From positions 544,001-608,000 of the forward strand of contig CAVUKB010000007.1 in NCBI GenBank assembly GCA_963741955.1: DNA of 64,000 nt. Direction: 5' to 3'. Shown in pieces: positions 62,266-64,000 of this stretch. Origin of the DNA: an uncultured Acidobacteriota bacterium. Its GTDB lineage: Bacteria > Acidobacteriota > Thermoanaerobaculia > Gp7-AA8. How positions within the stretch are numbered: position 1 is the first letter of the stretch; each line of letters starts with the position of its first letter. The notes below the pieces were generated by a model. That model was not told the DNA's origin. It worked only from the letters and a program-made list of their open reading frames with translations, and made no database searches. The translations under genes and the position numbers were made by a program.

Positions 62266-62922
62266 ATGAAGGACGTCATCGACGCGATTCTCCGCCGGCC
62301 GCAGGCCGAGTACCTCGATTCACTCCTCCCTCTGCGCGATCCACTCCTCGAAGAGATGGAGGCTTACGCGGAGGAGCACGGCCACCCGATCGCCGATCCC
62401 GAGGTCGCGCAGCTGATGCGCGTGATTCTGAAGATCAGACAGCCCCGTCATCTGATTGAAGTCGGAACCAACATCGGGTACTCGGTGGTGGTGATGGGGC
62501 GGGAGTGCGGAGCGGGTTCGGTCGTCGAGACGATCGAGCTGAGTCCGAAGATCCTCGGGAAGGCGAAGGAGTTCGTCGGCCGTGCGGGGCTCTCGTGTGA
62601 AGTCGTCTTCCATCAGGGTGCCGCGCTGGAGGTCATCCCGAAGCTCGACGGAACGTTCGATTTCGCATTCATCGACGCGGTGAAGACCGAGTACGACGCG
62701 TATCTGGAAGGATTGATTCCGCGGATGGCCGCCGGAGGAGTGCTGATGTTCGACAATCTTCTCTGGAAGGGCCAGGTTGCGGAAGGAGCGAAGAGCGAGG
62801 GCCAGCGTGCGTCCACCGCAGCGCTCGAGGAGCTGAACCGGAAGATCAGCTCCGACCCGCGTTTGCTGACGACGATCGTTCCGGTGGGTGACGGCGTGGG
62901 GATCTCGATCGTCCGCGGATGA
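62266..62922 (+). CDS. Class I O-methyltransferase (Methyltransf_3)
   Basis: EVGTNIGYS, FIDAVK, DNLLWKG, VGDG. Confidence 0.9.
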   Translation: MKDVIDAILRRPQAEYLDSLLPLRDPLLEEMEAYAEEHGHPIADPEVAQLMRVILKIRQPRHLIEVGTNIGYSVVVMGRECGAGSVVETIELSPKILGKAKEFVGRAGLSCEVVFHQGAALEVIPKLDGTFDFAFIDAVKTEYDAYLEGLIPRMAAGGVLMFDNLLWKGQVAEGAKSEGQRASTAALEELNRKISSDPRLLTTIVPVGDGVGISIVRG

Positions 62923-63052
62923 GGAGAAGGAATGCCGGCAGATCGGGTTCGCAGAGCGGGTCCGGAGAGATGGTGATGCTCGAGCGACTTCTCATCCGAT
63001 CGGGGTATATTGCATTTGAATGACGACGGCCGAAATGTTGAAAGAGACTGAG

Positions 63053-63202
63053 ATGGAGAAAAGCTCGGGTCAATCGCTCCGTACCGTGAAACCGTCGGCG
63101 AAAATGGGTCGCATCAGACCTTCTGTTGCCCGGCAGACCCTGAAAAGCGTCATCCGTACGAACGCGAAATCCTCTCCGCGTTCTTCGCGAACGTCAAAGT
63201 AG
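63053..63202 (+). CDS. Small basic hypothetical peptide
   Basis: ORF ends just before the next gene; Lys/Arg/Ser-rich. Confidence 0.35.
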   Translation: MEKSSGQSLRTVKPSAKMGRIRPSVARQTLKSVIRTNAKSSPRSSRTSK

Positions 63203-63212
63203 AGACGCAGTG

Positions 63213-63857
63213 ATGGCGAGGCGGTACGATGAAAACGTCTTCATCAACTGCCCTTTCGATGAAGATTACGAATCCCTCCTGCACGCGCTGGTCTTCACGG
63301 TTCACGATTGCGGGTTCATCGCTCGCTCCGCACTCGAGCTCGACGATTCCAGCGAAGTTCGGATCGACAAGATCTTTCGGATCATCTCCGAATGCCGGTA
63401 CGGTGTTTACGATCTCTCCCGGACTGAGCTCGACCCGGACTCGGGGCTGCCGCGATTCAACATGCCTCTCGAGCTCGGCCTCTTTCTCGGAGCCAAGAAG
63501 TTTGGAGGGGAAAAACAGGCGCTCAAACGCTGCCTGATCCTCGACCGGGAACCCTACAGATATCAGAGGTTCTGCTCCGATATCGCGGGCCAGGACCTCC
63601 GTGCGCACGGCGGTGTTGTCAGGAACGCGGTCGTCGCAGTTCGAAACTGGCTTTCTTCCTACGCGAGAGAGATGGGAAGCCTCGTTCCCAGCGGTGCTGT
63701 GATCTACCGCCGCTACGAGGCGTTTCTCGCGCAATTGCCGGCCTGGTGTGAAGAACTCGGGTACGAACCGGAGGAGCTCGTCTTCAACGACCGGACGACG
63801 CTCGTCGTGCAGTGGCTGCGCGAGAACAGCTTCGTCCCGATGCGCTCGATCAGCTGA
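63213..63857 (+). CDS. Hypothetical protein, TIR / nucleoside-deoxyribosyltransferase-like fold
   Basis: VFINCPFD...YDLS...RFNMPLELG, SDIAG. Confidence 0.7.
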   Translation: MARRYDENVFINCPFDEDYESLLHALVFTVHDCGFIARSALELDDSSEVRIDKIFRIISECRYGVYDLSRTELDPDSGLPRFNMPLELGLFLGAKKFGGEKQALKRCLILDREPYRYQRFCSDIAGQDLRAHGGVVRNAVVAVRNWLSSYAREMGSLVPSGAVIYRRYEAFLAQLPAWCEELGYEPEELVFNDRTTLVVQWLRENSFVPMRSIS

Positions 63858-63858
63858 T

Positions 63859-63917
63859 CCGAGCCCCGAGCCCCGAGCCCCGAGCCCCGAGCCCCGAGCC
63901 CCGAGCCTCGAGTCTCG
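63859..63917. repeat. Heptamer tandem repeat (CCGAGCC)x7
   Basis: Seven perfect copies plus a degenerate tail. Confidence 0.95.
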
Positions 63918-63948
63918 AAAAAAAAGCCTCCCGTGCGGGAGGCCTTTT
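63918..63948. terminator. Bidirectional intrinsic terminator
   Basis: A8-GCCTCCC-gtgc-GGGAGGC-CTTTT. Confidence 0.85.
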
Positions 63949-63973
63949 CAATTTCGAGATGTGGTTCAGATGA

Positions 63974-64000
63974 CTATTTCGCAGCCGGCGCTTTCACCAC
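63974..64000 (-). CDS. 3' end of a gene entering from outside the window
   Basis: ...VVKAPAAK-TAG followed by the terminator. Confidence 0.45.
   Translation of the reverse strand: MVKAPAAK

Overview
GC-rich bacterial chromosomal segment. Gene content (Oar-type TonB receptors, TPR-sulfatase-like protein, DUF885) suggests Acidobacteriota, possibly Thermoanaerobaculia; this is inference only. Most of it is housekeeping or metabolic: metH, treT-like GT4, acetyl-CoA hydrolase/CoA transferase, csp, CPA1 antiporter, rlmN, tRNA-Cys, fabI, DPP-IV, hutU, nth, mazG, a complete porin-pstSCAB-phoU-phoBR locus, and rpmE-DUF1385-prfA. Mobile DNA: a complete ISL3 (22-bp IRs, 8-bp TSD) disrupting a TonB receptor that also carries an in-frame stop; an rve/DDE IS with tandem terminal repeats; two identical 167-bp fold-back MITEs, one of which rewrites a cytochrome c C-terminus; a second degenerate dispersed repeat; and a REP-like array. 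Most notable: the RNA-like fold-back MITE, a SAM-II-like riboswitch with a probable terminator ahead of metH, a [2Fe-2S] ferredoxin-methyltransferase fusion, several apparently leaderless genes, and a standalone TIR/NDT-like gene. No CRISPR array or prophage was seen. All assignments come from reading motifs; no searches were run.
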